NCBI GenBank assembly: GCA_964631985.1
Contig: CAZWAX010000001.1
Coordinates: forward strand, 943 to 64,942
Length of the DNA stretch: 64,000 bases
Direction of reading: 5' to 3'
Source of the DNA: an uncultured Polyangiaceae bacterium
GTDB lineage: Bacteria; Desulfobacterota; Binatia; UTPRO1
The position numbers were made by a program, and so were the translations under genes. Below, one piece after another: positions 46,146 to 56,526 of this stretch. Position 1 is the stretch's first letter; each line of letters begins with the position of its first letter. The notes beneath the pieces are model-generated. The model saw only the letters and a list, made by a program, of their open reading frames with translations. It was not told the DNA's origin and searched no databases.

Positions 46146-48020
46146 TCAGGGCTCGATGTTCCAGATGCCCATCATCCCGATGTCCTCGTGCTCGACGATG
46201 TGGCAGTGAAACACGGTCTTCCCCGCGTGATCCATGACCGGAACGAGCAGCGTGATGCTGCCGCCCTTGGGGACGATGACCGTGTCCTTGAGCCCGGGCA
46301 CGCGGGTGTAGAGGTCGGCGTAAGTCGCGAACGCGGGATCGGGACCGTTGGCCGACAGAACCTGCGCGGAGTTGACGTGCTGGTGCCAGGGGTGGTCCAT
46401 CCCGGTCTGGTTCACTATCTCCCAGACCTCGTAGGTGCCCACCTTCGAGTCGTGTTGGTACGCGCTCACGGTGCCATCGGCCATCTCGTCGAAGCTCACG
46501 CCGTTGATGGTTCCCCGGCCCATGAACATGCCGAGGACGAACCGCGTCCGCGGCAACGAGCCCGCGTCGATGGTGAGCCGCCTCGCCGCGGGGTCTACCT
46601 GGGCCGGGAGGACGTCGCCCATTTCCGCTCCTGCGTCTTCGAGCGTGAGGAGCGTCACCTGTGCCGAGGGAGCGCCTCCGAATCCGGGCATGCCGCCCAT
46701 CATCCCCATGCCTCCGCGGTCGTACGGCAGCGCGAGCAGCCGGAAGTTGCCGGCAGCGGGGGACGCCTGGACGAGCAAGTCGAGCCGCTCGGCGGGCGCC
46801 ACCAGGATCTCGCTTACGGAGTACGGCCGGTCGAGCAGACCTCCGTCGGTACCGATGACGTTGAGGGAATGCCCCTCGAGGCTCAGCCGGTAGAAGCGCG
46901 CCGTGCTGGCGTTGAAGATGCGCCACCGCTGCACTTGCCCGGGCCGGATCGCGAGAACGGGGTTCACCTGGCCGTTCACCATCACCAAGTTGCCCTCCTT
47001 CCCCATCACGTAATCCAGGATCGAGTCGTAGGGGGCCGGGCCTCCGCCCGAGAGCGAAATATCCTTGAGCACGAGGAGGTGGGTCTCGTACGCAGCCAGC
47101 GGGCTACCCGGCTCGTCGGCGACGTCGATGGGGCCGATCATGCCGCCCCAGATCTGCTCGGCGACCGCGCCGTGCTGATGCGGGTGGTAGAGCCCCATCG
47201 AGCCAGCGGGTTGCAGCGAAAGGTCGTACTCGTAGTCGAGGCTTCCTCCGCCGGCAGCGACCGACCTGAAGACGTCGTCCCCGGGCGTACCGTTCGGGTT
47301 GGTTGCCGGCGTGACATGCAGGCCGTGCGCGTGAAGATTCGTCACGAACCGCGGATGGCCGAGGAGGTTCGTGGCCCCACTGGCGGGGAGAGCGTTCGTG
47401 AAGTGCAGCCGCAGCAGGTCACCGCGCCTCGCCTGGATGACGGGGGCCACGAAGCCGCCGCCGTAGGTCAGGAACGTGGCCGTGGAGCCGCCGAGGTCGT
47501 CGGCGGCAGTTCGGGCCTCGATCGTGACGCCAACGACGTTGCCGTTCCGTGTGCTCGGCGCCACCGGGGGATCAGCGAATGCCGATCCTGGGGGCGGATC
47601 GGACGGCGGATGGCCCCTCCCCGCGTAGGCATGTGGCGCGTCACAATCTCCGCCCGGGCCAAAGAACGAGCCATCTCTGACGTAGCAACATGACTGAGGG
47701 CACTGGCCCTTTACCAGAAGACCGGCCGCGGCGCGCAAGCTGTTGACCCCGTCGGTGACGGTCATATGCCCGTCACCGTTCATGTCGCACGACGCCATGT
47801 AGTAGACGTCCGCGCCATCGCGCAGCTCGCAGGTGCTTGAGAGACCCGCGGCTGCTCGCAGCATCTGCACCCCGTCCGTGACGGTGACGGCTTGCCGCGA
47901 GTCGCCGCTGGTATGCCCGCACGCGGGCATCATGAAGGATCCTGGGTGGTGCGCTGCCGCTGATGTGGCCAACGTGGCACCGATCAGCACCGTGAACCAC
48001 GAAAGGACTCTCTTTTTCAT
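46146..48020 (-). CDS. Multicopper oxidase (three-domain laccase/CueO-like) with two N-terminal dockerin-like repeats
   Basis: GAGGAG RBS, signal peptide MKKRVLSWFTVLIGATLATSAAA. Cu-ligand motifs HAHGLH, HPHQHG, HPWHQH and HCHIVEHEDIGMMG. N-terminal TVTDGVQMLRAAAGL and CDMNGDGHMTVTDGVNSLRAAAGL repeats. Confidence 0.85.
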   Translation of the reverse strand: MKKRVLSWFTVLIGATLATSAAAHHPGSFMMPACGHTSGDSRQAVTVTDGVQMLRAAAGLSSTCELRDGADVYYMASCDMNGDGHMTVTDGVNSLRAAAGLLVKGQCPQSCCYVRDGSFFGPGGDCDAPHAYAGRGHPPSDPPPGSAFADPPVAPSTRNGNVVGVTIEARTAADDLGGSTATFLTYGGGFVAPVIQARRGDLLRLHFTNALPASGATNLLGHPRFVTNLHAHGLHVTPATNPNGTPGDDVFRSVAAGGGSLDYEYDLSLQPAGSMGLYHPHQHGAVAEQIWGGMIGPIDVADEPGSPLAAYETHLLVLKDISLSGGGPAPYDSILDYVMGKEGNLVMVNGQVNPVLAIRPGQVQRWRIFNASTARFYRLSLEGHSLNVIGTDGGLLDRPYSVSEILVAPAERLDLLVQASPAAGNFRLLALPYDRGGMGMMGGMPGFGGAPSAQVTLLTLEDAGAEMGDVLPAQVDPAARRLTIDAGSLPRTRFVLGMFMGRGTINGVSFDEMADGTVSAYQHDSKVGTYEVWEIVNQTGMDHPWHQHVNSAQVLSANGPDPAFATYADLYTRVPGLKDTVIVPKGGSITLLVPVMDHAGKTVFHCHIVEHEDIGMMGIWNIEP

Positions 48021-48682
48021 TGCTCCTCTATCCTCGACAATCAATCACGTGGTGAACGGCAACGCCCCTGAGCCCAGAGTCCCTTCCTGCCGGTTCGACA
48101 ATCTCGTCAGATTCGCGCTGCGTGGCTCGACATTCCTTGCGCCAACTGCTTCGGGGTGTATTCCCAGTGATGCGATTCCCAGTCGTGGCAACGAGAACGG
48201 GGCGCCGAGCCCCCCCCATGCGAATGCTCTGAAAGCTGGGCGCCACCTATGCCGCGATAGCACCCCGGCGGCGTCCCTGAGAGGCCCGGTGAGGCTTCCG
48301 CACTATGGCGATATTTCAGCGACTCGTCGCGTGGATCATCGACCAGATGCCCAGAGCATTGGTCGAACTCCAACGTGACTAGCTCTTCCCCATCCGCCAG
48401 CTTCACAATTCGCGTAACCGGCATGCCCAATCAAAGAAGCAAGCGTCATGCCCATCGAAACAATACGTACAATTGAATCGCGGCCCAAAGCTTCTCATGC
48501 AAATTTCGCGACGTCGGCTTCGCGCGCGCGGTCGGCATCGAGGGCGATTTCCGAAAGTCACGAATCCGATGACGCATCCGTGAGAATCCAGTCGTTCACG
48601 GCCCTGACATTGCACGCTTGAAGGGCGGCACGCCGTTCGCTTCTCGACTGTAGGTGGCTTCTCGAAAGGAGGTGAGAACTGG

Positions 48683-48814
48683 ATGTCACCAATCGCATTC
48701 GCTCCCCTCATTTGGGGTCTCGCGGCGTTGACGTTCATCGTGATGTTGCGATGGTGGGCGATGAGATCTCACGAGCGCGACCATGGCACGCATCATCATC
48801 ATCATCCGAGCTAG
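48683..48814 (+). CDS. 43-aa membrane peptide with a His5 C-terminus (MSPIAFAPLIWGLAALTFIVMLRWWAMRSHERDHGTHHHHHPS)
   Basis: AGGAGGTGA RBS 7 nt before the ATG. One TM helix then HHHHH. Absent from the ORF track (under 60 aa). Divergent from the MCO gene and upstream of the AraC regulator. Confidence 0.45.
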   Translation: MSPIAFAPLIWGLAALTFIVMLRWWAMRSHERDHGTHHHHHPS

Positions 48815-49106
48815 TGCCCCGACAACGACGGCGCGTCGTAGTAGCGCTCGATCGCGAAGGTGATCCGAACGCGCTCGGCGAGTCCGGCAGGTCGTAAGCG
48901 GACGGCGGGCATCGTCCCCTGGATGACCGCCATCCGTGTCCGGGGTGACGCCAACACTTCACGGTTTCCGTGTGTTTCATCTCAATGGACGTTCGCTCGT
49001 GGGGTTTTCGGTATGCGAGTGCAACGGCGTTACTGTCACTACGGTCAGAGAATCGCTGCACGCCTGGGACCGATCTTTCCTGACGGAGTCATCATCGCCG
49101 GGCGTG

Positions 49107-50042
49107 ATGAGAATCGCGGTCTGCAGACCAACGGCGAGCTTGGTTACAGCGTACGGGTGGCGTCGGGTGGACATCCATGATCGAGGCCCCTTCTGGATGT
49201 CGGAACCGTTGTCAGCTGTCGCGCAGCACGAGAAGTTGCATCTCCTGAACGCGTGCATTGCGCGCGGTGTTGCGGGATTCAAGGCAGGGGGCCCTGTATT
49301 CGCCCCCAAGATGCGTTTCCGCTACTGGTGTGTCGAGATGTGGAACGGGCGCCTGACGCTCGGCGAGTTTTGGGCGACCTACGTCGGACCGAGTGATCAA
49401 AACTCGCCGCATGCGCATGTTGCCGTACAATTGGCTCTCGGCATCGGCGAAGATGTCACGGTGCGCGTTGGGCGCCGCCGGCTCAAGGCGCGCGGCGTCC
49501 TCATCCGACCGCTCACGACCCACACGGTCGCGACCGGGCTTCAGGTCGCTCTTGTCTACGTCGAGCCGCAAGCATCGCTGGGGCGCGCGCTTGTTCAGGC
49601 TTTGGGTGGACGCCTCGCGATGCCACTACCACCTGAGGTCGTCCAAGCTACTTCGCATCTCGACGACCCGGTCGCTCTTCTAAGCCGTCTCGCAGCGGCG
49701 CTCGGCCTAGAGCCACGAGCGGCTCTTGATGCCAGGCTCGCGCACGCGCTCGAACTCCTCGAGCGCTCCGTTGGTGCAGCCGGAGCGATCGCGGATGCCG
49801 CGCACGATGCCGGACTGTCGACTCCTCGGCTGCGCGCCCTAGCGAGCGAACAGCTTGGTGCGCCCCTTGCACGCTGGGTCTTATGGCGGAAGCTTGAGCG
49901 GGCGGGACGCTCGCTTGCTCGCGGGGCGTCTTTAGCTGAGGCAGCGGCTGACGGTGCGTTCGCTGACCAGGCACACCTTGCCCGTACGATGCGGCGGATG
50001 TTCGGTGTCACGCCGAGGGTTGCGGCTCGCGTGCTTCGATAG
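49107..50042 (+). CDS. AraC-family transcriptional regulator
   Basis: C-terminal dual HTH ...GLSTPRLRALASEQLG...LAEAAADGAFADQAHLARTMRRMFGVTP. N-terminal start approximate. Confidence 0.7.
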   Translation: MRIAVCRPTASLVTAYGWRRVDIHDRGPFWMSEPLSAVAQHEKLHLLNACIARGVAGFKAGGPVFAPKMRFRYWCVEMWNGRLTLGEFWATYVGPSDQNSPHAHVAVQLALGIGEDVTVRVGRRRLKARGVLIRPLTTHTVATGLQVALVYVEPQASLGRALVQALGGRLAMPLPPEVVQATSHLDDPVALLSRLAAALGLEPRAALDARLAHALELLERSVGAAGAIADAAHDAGLSTPRLRALASEQLGAPLARWVLWRKLERAGRSLARGASLAEAAADGAFADQAHLARTMRRMFGVTPRVAARVLR

Positions 50043-50109
50043 CAAGCGATTCGTTCAAGACAGGTCGTAGAGAGATGGTGAGGATGTAGCGTCAGGGAGG
50101 TGTCTGAAG

Positions 50110-50979
50110 GTGCTTAACTCTTTGCTTCGCTACGCCTACGCGCCGGTCTTCTTCGTCGGCTTTCTCGGTGCTGGGGTTCTTCTCTCAGGAGGCGGGACGC
50201 GGCCGTCTGCACTCGGGGCGCTCTTGCTGCTTGCGATCGCCGTATCCTTTGCAGCGGAGCGAGCGCTGCCCTACGAACATGGGTTCAATTCGCCGCATGG
50301 AGACGGGTGGCGCGATGTTGCCCATGCGCTCGTGAACGAGGCTTCGAACGCGCTCTCAATCATGTCGCTCCCACTGCTCGCGGCGCTCGTCCCCGATACG
50401 GGACTGTGGCCGTCTGGCTGGCCCCTGCCCCTCCAGGTTCTGCTCGCGGTCGCTGTTGCCGATGTAGGCATCACGCTCGCACACTACGTAAGCCACCGTT
50501 CGCAACTGCTGTGGCGCTTCCATGCTGTCCATCACTCCGTTCAGCGGATGTATGGGTTCAACGGCCTCATGAAACACCCGCTCCACCAGGCCTTCGAGCT
50601 CACGTGTGCAAGTCTCCCTCTCCTTGCTCTCGGCATGCCCGTAAACGTGGCGTGGCTCCTGGGATTTGCTGTTGCGGTGCAGCTTCTCCTGCAACATTCA
50701 AACGTCGATCTCCGAGTTGGACCGCTCATGCACGTCTGGGCTGTTGCACCGGCCCACCGGTTCCACCACCTGAATCGCGCCGGGGACGGCGATGTCAATT
50801 TCGCGCTCTTCTCATCGGTTTGGGATCATCTGCTCGGAACGTTCCACTACGATGTCGGGAAGCAACCGCGCCTCGGTGAGCTCGGCATCGAAGGTCGCGC
50901 CGACTACCCGGTGGGCTACGTTGCGCAGCTTCTCGAACCATTTCGCCCGGAGGACCTCAAGGTCGCTACCTACCGCTAG
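50110..50979 (+). CDS. Sterol desaturase / fatty-acid hydroxylase superfamily membrane protein
   Basis: Histidine boxes HRSQLLWRFHAVHHS and HRFHHL, with several TM helices. Confidence 0.8.
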   Translation: MLNSLLRYAYAPVFFVGFLGAGVLLSGGGTRPSALGALLLLAIAVSFAAERALPYEHGFNSPHGDGWRDVAHALVNEASNALSIMSLPLLAALVPDTGLWPSGWPLPLQVLLAVAVADVGITLAHYVSHRSQLLWRFHAVHHSVQRMYGFNGLMKHPLHQAFELTCASLPLLALGMPVNVAWLLGFAVAVQLLLQHSNVDLRVGPLMHVWAVAPAHRFHHLNRAGDGDVNFALFSSVWDHLLGTFHYDVGKQPRLGELGIEGRADYPVGYVAQLLEPFRPEDLKVATYR

Positions 50980-51060
50980 TGGGCCTTCTGGTCCGCCCTT
51001 TCGACGAGCGCTTCGATCTCCACGTCGATCGCGCCGTCCGTGCAGCGACCGGGCCGGCCT

Positions 51061-51220
51061 CGAGCGCTTGTGCCGCTACCTCTCGACGGTGCGGATGGCC
51101 GATCACATCGTCGTGCTCTCCGAGGGGCGGGTCGCGGAAGGTGGGACGCACGCCGAGGTGATGGCGCGGGAGGGGGTCTATGCCCGCGTCTTCAGCCTCC
51201 AGGCGACCGGCCACCGCTGA
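51061..51220 (+). pseudogene. C-terminal remnant of an ABC-exporter ATPase domain
   Basis: ...LSTVRMADHIVVLSEGRVAEGGTHAEVMAREGVYARVFSLQ corresponds to the conserved ABC C-terminus (H-loop region). No Walker A or signature motif lies upstream. Confidence 0.4.
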
Positions 51221-51410
51221 CCGGCCGGGAGACCCGCAAAAAATATTTGCGTCCTTCATGCAATCTGGCATGTTCGTCGCGCGGTGGGTTCCCACCGTGT
51301 TGCTGCACCGCTCCACTCCCGACGCCATACTGCAATCCCGCTCGACACGGCGGTTTCGGAGTGGTCAAGCAGCGATTCCAGAGCGCACGGAGCGCAGAGG
51401 AGATCCCTCC

Positions 51411-52040
51411 ATGAAACTTCTCGGATGGTTGGTTGCGGTGGTGGCGTGCCCGCTGGTCCTCGGATCGTCGGCCGAGGCGCAAACGGTCTCGGTCGACCGC
51501 TGCGCCGGCGCCAAGATGCGGTGCGTGATGGGTTACACGCACATCTGCGGCGTTGTGGGTGTGGAAGGGCAGCTCAAGTGCTACCAGACCGCGACGCTCC
51601 GCGGCCGGTTCGTCGATCAGGTCTGCATCACTCGCACGGTCGACAAGATTCACGAGTGCTTCCGGGCTGCCGAAAGCCGGAACGTCTGCCGGACGGCCGG
51701 CGACGCGAACCAGATCCAGGCCAAGATCGAACCCTTCGTGCTCGACGTGATCCGCGACGTGACGCCCGGGTTCCCGTATCCGTCGATCAACACGTGCGCT
51801 GCCGGCAAGCAGAAGGCGCTCGCTGACGCGACCTCGGCGAAGCTCGGTTGCTTCGAAGAGGCGTTCCGGCGCGACCCGGGCCTCGTCGCCCCGGGTTGCC
51901 TCGCGCAGGCCCAGGCGCAGTACGAGTACGCCTGGCTCCGCCTGGCGCTGAATGGTGGGTGCGCCACGGGCGACGAGATCGCGCTCACGGCCAAGATGGA
52001 CGCGTTCGTCGCGGACATGGTTGTGACGCTCGATCCCTGA
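51411..52040 (+). CDS. Secreted Cys-rich protein (209 aa, about 12 Cys)
   Basis: GAGGAG RBS, signal peptide MKLLGWLVAVVACPLVLGSSAEA. Cys spacing resembles the Cys-rich modules of the three giant secreted proteins upstream. Confidence 0.6.
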   Translation: MKLLGWLVAVVACPLVLGSSAEAQTVSVDRCAGAKMRCVMGYTHICGVVGVEGQLKCYQTATLRGRFVDQVCITRTVDKIHECFRAAESRNVCRTAGDANQIQAKIEPFVLDVIRDVTPGFPYPSINTCAAGKQKALADATSAKLGCFEEAFRRDPGLVAPGCLAQAQAQYEYAWLRLALNGGCATGDEIALTAKMDAFVADMVVTLDP

Positions 52041-52115
52041 GCGTCTCGCCAATCGGGCCGCGGAACACGAGCCGGTTACCGGGCGGTCTTCGTCCAGGTG
52101 CCCGAGGCGGGCAGC

Positions 52116-52407
52116 ATGGGCGTTGTCGGCGTGCTCGCCCTCCTGGTCAACATTGTTTGTGCCGCCGTGCTCCTCCCACATCGCGAGGGCGATGCAAACG
52201 TGCGCGCCGTGTGGCTGTTCAGTCGAACGATGCCATCGGCAATGCCGGCGTAGTCGCCGCCGCCGCGGCCGTACCGCTCACTGGAACCCTGTGGCCGGAC
52301 CTTGTGGTGGCCGTCGCCATTGCTGGCCTGTTTCTACATTTGGCCGCCGACACATCCGCGATGGCCTGGCCGAACTGCGCGGGCAGCCGGCCGTGGAACC
52401 GCGGTAA
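52116..52407 (+). pseudogene. Decayed cation-diffusion-facilitator (CzcD-like) gene remnant with frameshifts
   Basis: Frame 1 reads ...VLALLVNIVCAAVLLPHREGDANVRAVWLF. The +1 frame continues NDAIGNAGVVAAAAAVPLTGTLWPDLVVAVAIAGLF, matching the CDF TM4-TM5 signature (LNVRGA...LGDALGSVGV...W.DP) only across frames. Confidence 0.4.
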
Positions 52408-52651
52408 CAAAACTACTGGGGCTTCGAGACGTCGCTGATTTCCGAGATACATCGAGTGCGTAAGTGCGTACCACGACGGAACGCGCTCCACTGCTCCGGT
52501 GTACAAGCTGCGCTGTTGGCGGTTCTATCGCTGCTGGTCGCGGGGCCCGAGGATCTGCTCACGTAGTTTCACGCGTAGCCCTCAAGCGACCGGCTTGAAA
52601 CTGTGAGTCTGTACTCCCGGTCTCGGGAGCCCAAACCGAAGGAGGATACGA

Positions 52652-52990
52652 ATGAAGAAGACCCCGATGGTAGCTCTGGCCGCAGTGTTGATGCTCAGCG
52701 CCGCCACGGCATTGCCCGTATTCGCGGCCGACATGTCCGCAAAGGTTGGGGCGGCCAAGACGGCAGCCGACCATGAGGCCATCGCCACCGAGTACGCGAA
52801 CGAGGCCAAAGAGGCGGAAGCACGCGCTGCCGAGCACGACAAGATGGCCGCCAGTTACAAAGGCCTCGGCAAAATTGGCCAGGTGCATGACACCCACTGT
52901 GCGGCCATCGCGAAGCGGGAGCGCGAGAATGCGAAGGATTTGACCGGGCTCGCTGACGCGCACCGCGCGCAAGCTAAATCAGCCAAGTAA
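52652..52990 (+). CDS. Small secreted protein (112 aa), unknown function
   Basis: GGAGGA RBS, signal peptide MKKTPMVALAAVLMLSAATALPVFAA. Helical Ala/Glu/Lys-rich mature part. Confidence 0.6.
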   Translation: MKKTPMVALAAVLMLSAATALPVFAADMSAKVGAAKTAADHEAIATEYANEAKEAEARAAEHDKMAASYKGLGKIGQVHDTHCAAIAKRERENAKDLTGLADAHRAQAKSAK

Positions 52991-53107
52991 CCCCAAAAGA
53001 GAGTATCAGGCGGACGGGCACCGCCCGCCGGGTGTCCGTCCGCGTGTTCTCGCAGCGGCTCCCGCTGCGGCGATTCATTCCTTGAGACAAGAAAGGAGCA
53101 ACACGTC

Positions 53108-53302
53108 ATGCAACGACTCACGCAACTCGTGGTGTTGGGCCTGGGAGTCATAGTCACCACCACACTGCTTCAAGGCTGCGCCTACGAAAACCGCGCGACA
53201 GGGAAGCCCAGCCACTACCACTCGATGCTGTATGGGACTCAAGCGGGCAAGAATCTTGCGGTGAAGACTGGATTCCCCAAGCCGCAGCGTCACGGCGGGT
53301 GA
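53108..53302 (+). CDS. Small lipoprotein (64 aa)
   Basis: AGGAGC RBS. MQRLTQLVVLGLGVIVTTTLLQGC has an LQGC lipobox. Confidence 0.5.
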   Translation: MQRLTQLVVLGLGVIVTTTLLQGCAYENRATGKPSHYHSMLYGTQAGKNLAVKTGFPKPQRHGG

Positions 53303-53307
53303 TGCCA

Positions 53308-54250
53308 CTACCCCGTCGGAACCAAGGGGCCGAGGGAGCAGGCCTTCATGCGAAAAGCAGCTTCAGATCGGCGACCCCACCAACATCTCGAGGTTGACGT
53401 CGCTTGCGACATCAGGCGGTCATCGGCAACGAGAGTAACGTACACGCGCGGGGTGCTGGAGCAATCGTTCGCCGCGCCCGCGATCGCGTCAAGCTCGAAC
53501 CTGGAACAGCGGCCATTGGGGGCGGCGCCCATGAGCCAGCTGAAGTCCACGACGCTTGGACGAAAGATGACGTCCCGTCCGTTGCAGAATCCGCACTCGT
53601 GCAGCGTGTAGCCGGCACGCTGTGCGAACGAGATCGCGGTCGCGATGGGCCCGATCTCCATGCGTGACCAGCCCGAGAGTCGCGGCCCACGGGCTTATTG
53701 TGGACGGCAGTGTGAGGGCTTCGCTCGTCTCGCGTCTCGCGAGGAAACGCTCGACGCGCTGACGGGGATCAAGCGGCATCCCTTCCATTCTGGGCAACTC
53801 GAAAAAGCTCGCAGTGCCACTTACGAACAGATGGTTCACGTGGCCCAGCTCGACGTCGATGCTCCACGCCGGAGGCGCCATCGTAGGGTCGACATGCTCG
53901 TTCGGCCGAGTGACGGACGCCCGCCACGGCAACTCGATCGAACCGTCCACGGCATCCACTTTGAACGCGTGATCCCAGAACCAGACCGTCGTCCCGGCCG
54001 TGACGTAGGCGCTTTCACGGGGCAGATGCAGGACGAGCACCAATGCGGGCGATGTCCTGCATGAGATTCGCGCTTCGAGCGCCGGACGAACGTCACCGAA
54101 TGGCGAGTCGATAGTTCCGAGCGGCAGGTTGAACACTCCGACCGCGCCAGCCTGCGTGAGAGAAGGAACGCTCGAAGGAATCCACTTGGTCCCCCGTGCG
54201 GTGAAGTCCTTTTCGGCGAGTTCGGAAAGCCATTCCAGGTGGTCGCGCAT
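53308..54250 (-). pseudogene. Two overlapping same-strand ORFs (253 aa and 117 aa) in different frames, possibly one frameshifted gene of unknown function
   Basis: ORFs 53489..54250 and 53308..53661 overlap by 173 nt. No recognisable domain. Confidence 0.3.
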
Positions 54251-54352
54251 CGCGCTCCTCCAGCGGTTCGAAAGCGAACCACGTCATTGCCAGTCGCAAT
54301 TCGCCCGGCAGTTGTGGCGGGGGCCACATACAACGCGCGTCAGATTCCTGAT

Positions 54353-56338
54353 CTAGTCTGCTGTTACACGAACGATCCGCCCGACCGACGGAACGTCATC
54401 AGCCATCGCGAAGAGAATGTAGTGGCCGAGCGGCAGAATGTTAGGATCGGACGGCAACGTGAGCTCGGCGTTCGGACCCGCTTGCGTCACAGGAAGGACG
54501 AGACGGCGCGGCACCCCGCCGTCGACCCAATGCGTGTGCGCGCCCGTGCCGACTAGCACCGCTGATGTAATTTCCGTCGCCGGGAACACGGGGAATGTGA
54601 GCACGGTGCCCCGCGCGGCCTCGGAGCTTACTGCGCCAATCACGGGACGAACGCCGCGGAAAAGATACGGCGGCGAGTACGCTTCGATGTCCGACGATGT
54701 GGGTCCGATCTGAAACTTGATTAGCGTTCCGCCGGTGGTGAGCACTCTCCCATCGGGAACGAGAAGGGTAATGGCGTGGTACTCACGAAACTGGGCCATG
54801 TCCGCAACACGCCGCCAGCGGTTCGCGCGGGCGTTGTATAGATCGGTCCAGCGCACCACTCCGAGCACGTCTGGAACAGGTGCGGGAGTGGGTGCATCCC
54901 CCGCTGCGACGAGCACCGAGCCATCCGGAAGCTGGACGACCTCCGGCCGGCTGCGCGGGAGAGCCGAATTCGCCGTGAGGCTCCACATGCCGGTTTGGGG
55001 ATCGTAGATTTCACCCATGACACCGCCGGCACCGGGGCGAATCCCAATCGCGAGCGCACGACCGTCGTCGAGCATGACGAGCGAGTGGTCGGAGTGGTCC
55101 GGCCAGCCACGGTTTGGCTGCACGAATCCGCCCGTCATCCGCCACACGCCCGTGACTGGGTCGTAGAGCTGGGGGAATGCCCACGTCGCAAGCACATCGC
55201 CGGTGTAGAGCAGCGCCGCCGGCGGATACTCGGCCGGCGCAAGCATCGAACCCGTGTAGGTCCAGGTTTCTGTGCTGAGGTCGAATCGTTCCGCGGTATC
55301 TGTCCGCTCGGCATTCGGTGCCGTACCGCCGCCCATCACCAAGAGCGAGCCGTCGGCAAGGCGCGCGAGTCCCGGATACCAGCGCCCGACGCCGAGCTGC
55401 AGGTTGGGCATGAGCTCCCAAGAGCCGTCAGACCGGTACGATTTCACCCACGGGACGGCGTTTCGAAACGAGCCCGGATCAGTGGGAGTCTGACCGCCGA
55501 TAAAGACAATCCGGTCGTCTGCGAGGAGCGTCGCGGCGGTACAGCCCTGCTCGGAAGGCGACGAGGCGGGAAAGCTTTTTGCGCCGGTCAGCGGGTCGAA
55601 CACGACCGGGTCGACGGTGTCGTGGCAGTAGAATAGGCGACCGTCGGCCATGAGAATCGCGATGTCCGTAGCGTCGAAGAGCTCGGGCGACGTGTCTCCC
55701 ACGATCGCCCATGAGCCTGGGTGCGACTCCGGAGTAACGGTGATCGCGCCGGGGCTCCGCCCAGGGACGAGCAGTTCACGTTCGATGTAGTCGTAGCCTT
55801 CGGCCGCGACACCGAGGCGGTAGGCACCGGGCGGAACGTTGGCGAGTGTCCAGCGGCCGGACATCGCGGAACGCAATTCGCGAAAAAAGGATAGGTCGCC
55901 CTTGAAGATGGTCACACGGGCGTTCGCGACGCCGCTCGCTCCGGCGCGCACGCGACCGGAGAGGCGCTTGGGCGTAGGGCCAACCGTAACCGTCTGGCGC
56001 GCAGTGCGCGTACGACCGTCTGCTAGGGTCACTGTGACGTCCCGCGCGCCGACGGCGGCATTCGCGGCGACATTGAGCTTCAGCTGCAAGCGGTCCGCGG
56101 ATTTCCACCGTACTTCAGTGACGGTGATGCCACCGCCGGCGACACCGACTGCGGACACCGCCGCGGCGCTCGTCCCGAAGCCGGCACCGAACACCGTCAC
56201 TGTCGAACGCTTACCAGGACGGACAGCGGACGGCTTCGTATAGGCTACGACAAGCGGCGTCGACGCCGCTTGAGTGACGGCCGGGGCGATGATCGCCAGT
56301 GCGACGACGAGAGCGAGTATCAACCTGAAGACACGCAT
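54353..56338 (-). CDS. Galactose-oxidase/glyoxal-oxidase-like protein (Kelch beta-propeller plus C-terminal DUF1929-like domain) with an N-terminal Ig-like region
   Basis: GAGGAGG RBS, signal peptide. Repeated W/GG-containing Kelch-like blades (...LLVMGGG..., ...VLVAAGD...). C-terminal ...LPLGHYILFAMADDVPSVGRIVRV is typical of DUF1929. Confidence 0.6.
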   Translation of the reverse strand: MRVFRLILALVVALAIIAPAVTQAASTPLVVAYTKPSAVRPGKRSTVTVFGAGFGTSAAAVSAVGVAGGGITVTEVRWKSADRLQLKLNVAANAAVGARDVTVTLADGRTRTARQTVTVGPTPKRLSGRVRAGASGVANARVTIFKGDLSFFRELRSAMSGRWTLANVPPGAYRLGVAAEGYDYIERELLVPGRSPGAITVTPESHPGSWAIVGDTSPELFDATDIAILMADGRLFYCHDTVDPVVFDPLTGAKSFPASSPSEQGCTAATLLADDRIVFIGGQTPTDPGSFRNAVPWVKSYRSDGSWELMPNLQLGVGRWYPGLARLADGSLLVMGGGTAPNAERTDTAERFDLSTETWTYTGSMLAPAEYPPAALLYTGDVLATWAFPQLYDPVTGVWRMTGGFVQPNRGWPDHSDHSLVMLDDGRALAIGIRPGAGGVMGEIYDPQTGMWSLTANSALPRSRPEVVQLPDGSVLVAAGDAPTPAPVPDVLGVVRWTDLYNARANRWRRVADMAQFREYHAITLLVPDGRVLTTGGTLIKFQIGPTSSDIEAYSPPYLFRGVRPVIGAVSSEAARGTVLTFPVFPATEITSAVLVGTGAHTHWVDGGVPRRLVLPVTQAGPNAELTLPSDPNILPLGHYILFAMADDVPSVGRIVRVTAD

Positions 56339-56526
56339 GACGCCTCCTCGTAAGAGCCCGAAAAGGCGTCATAGCACGAGTGAGATCGGAGGGTACCGCG
56401 AAAGATGGTCGGGCCAGCCGCGCGTATTGCCCGCCGGCGTGCCGCGCGCTCTCAGCGTGCGAGTCGGCGAAGGAGATCGAGTAGTCCATTCACCTTCTGC
56501 CGCTGCGCGGAGGCCTTCCCGCTCTG

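Noticed and set aside
46188-47693. 501-aa plus-strand ORF, and 61937..63745 (602 aa) on the minus strand
   Set aside because: Antisense to the two multicopper-oxidase genes, whose Cu-ligand motifs are unambiguous.
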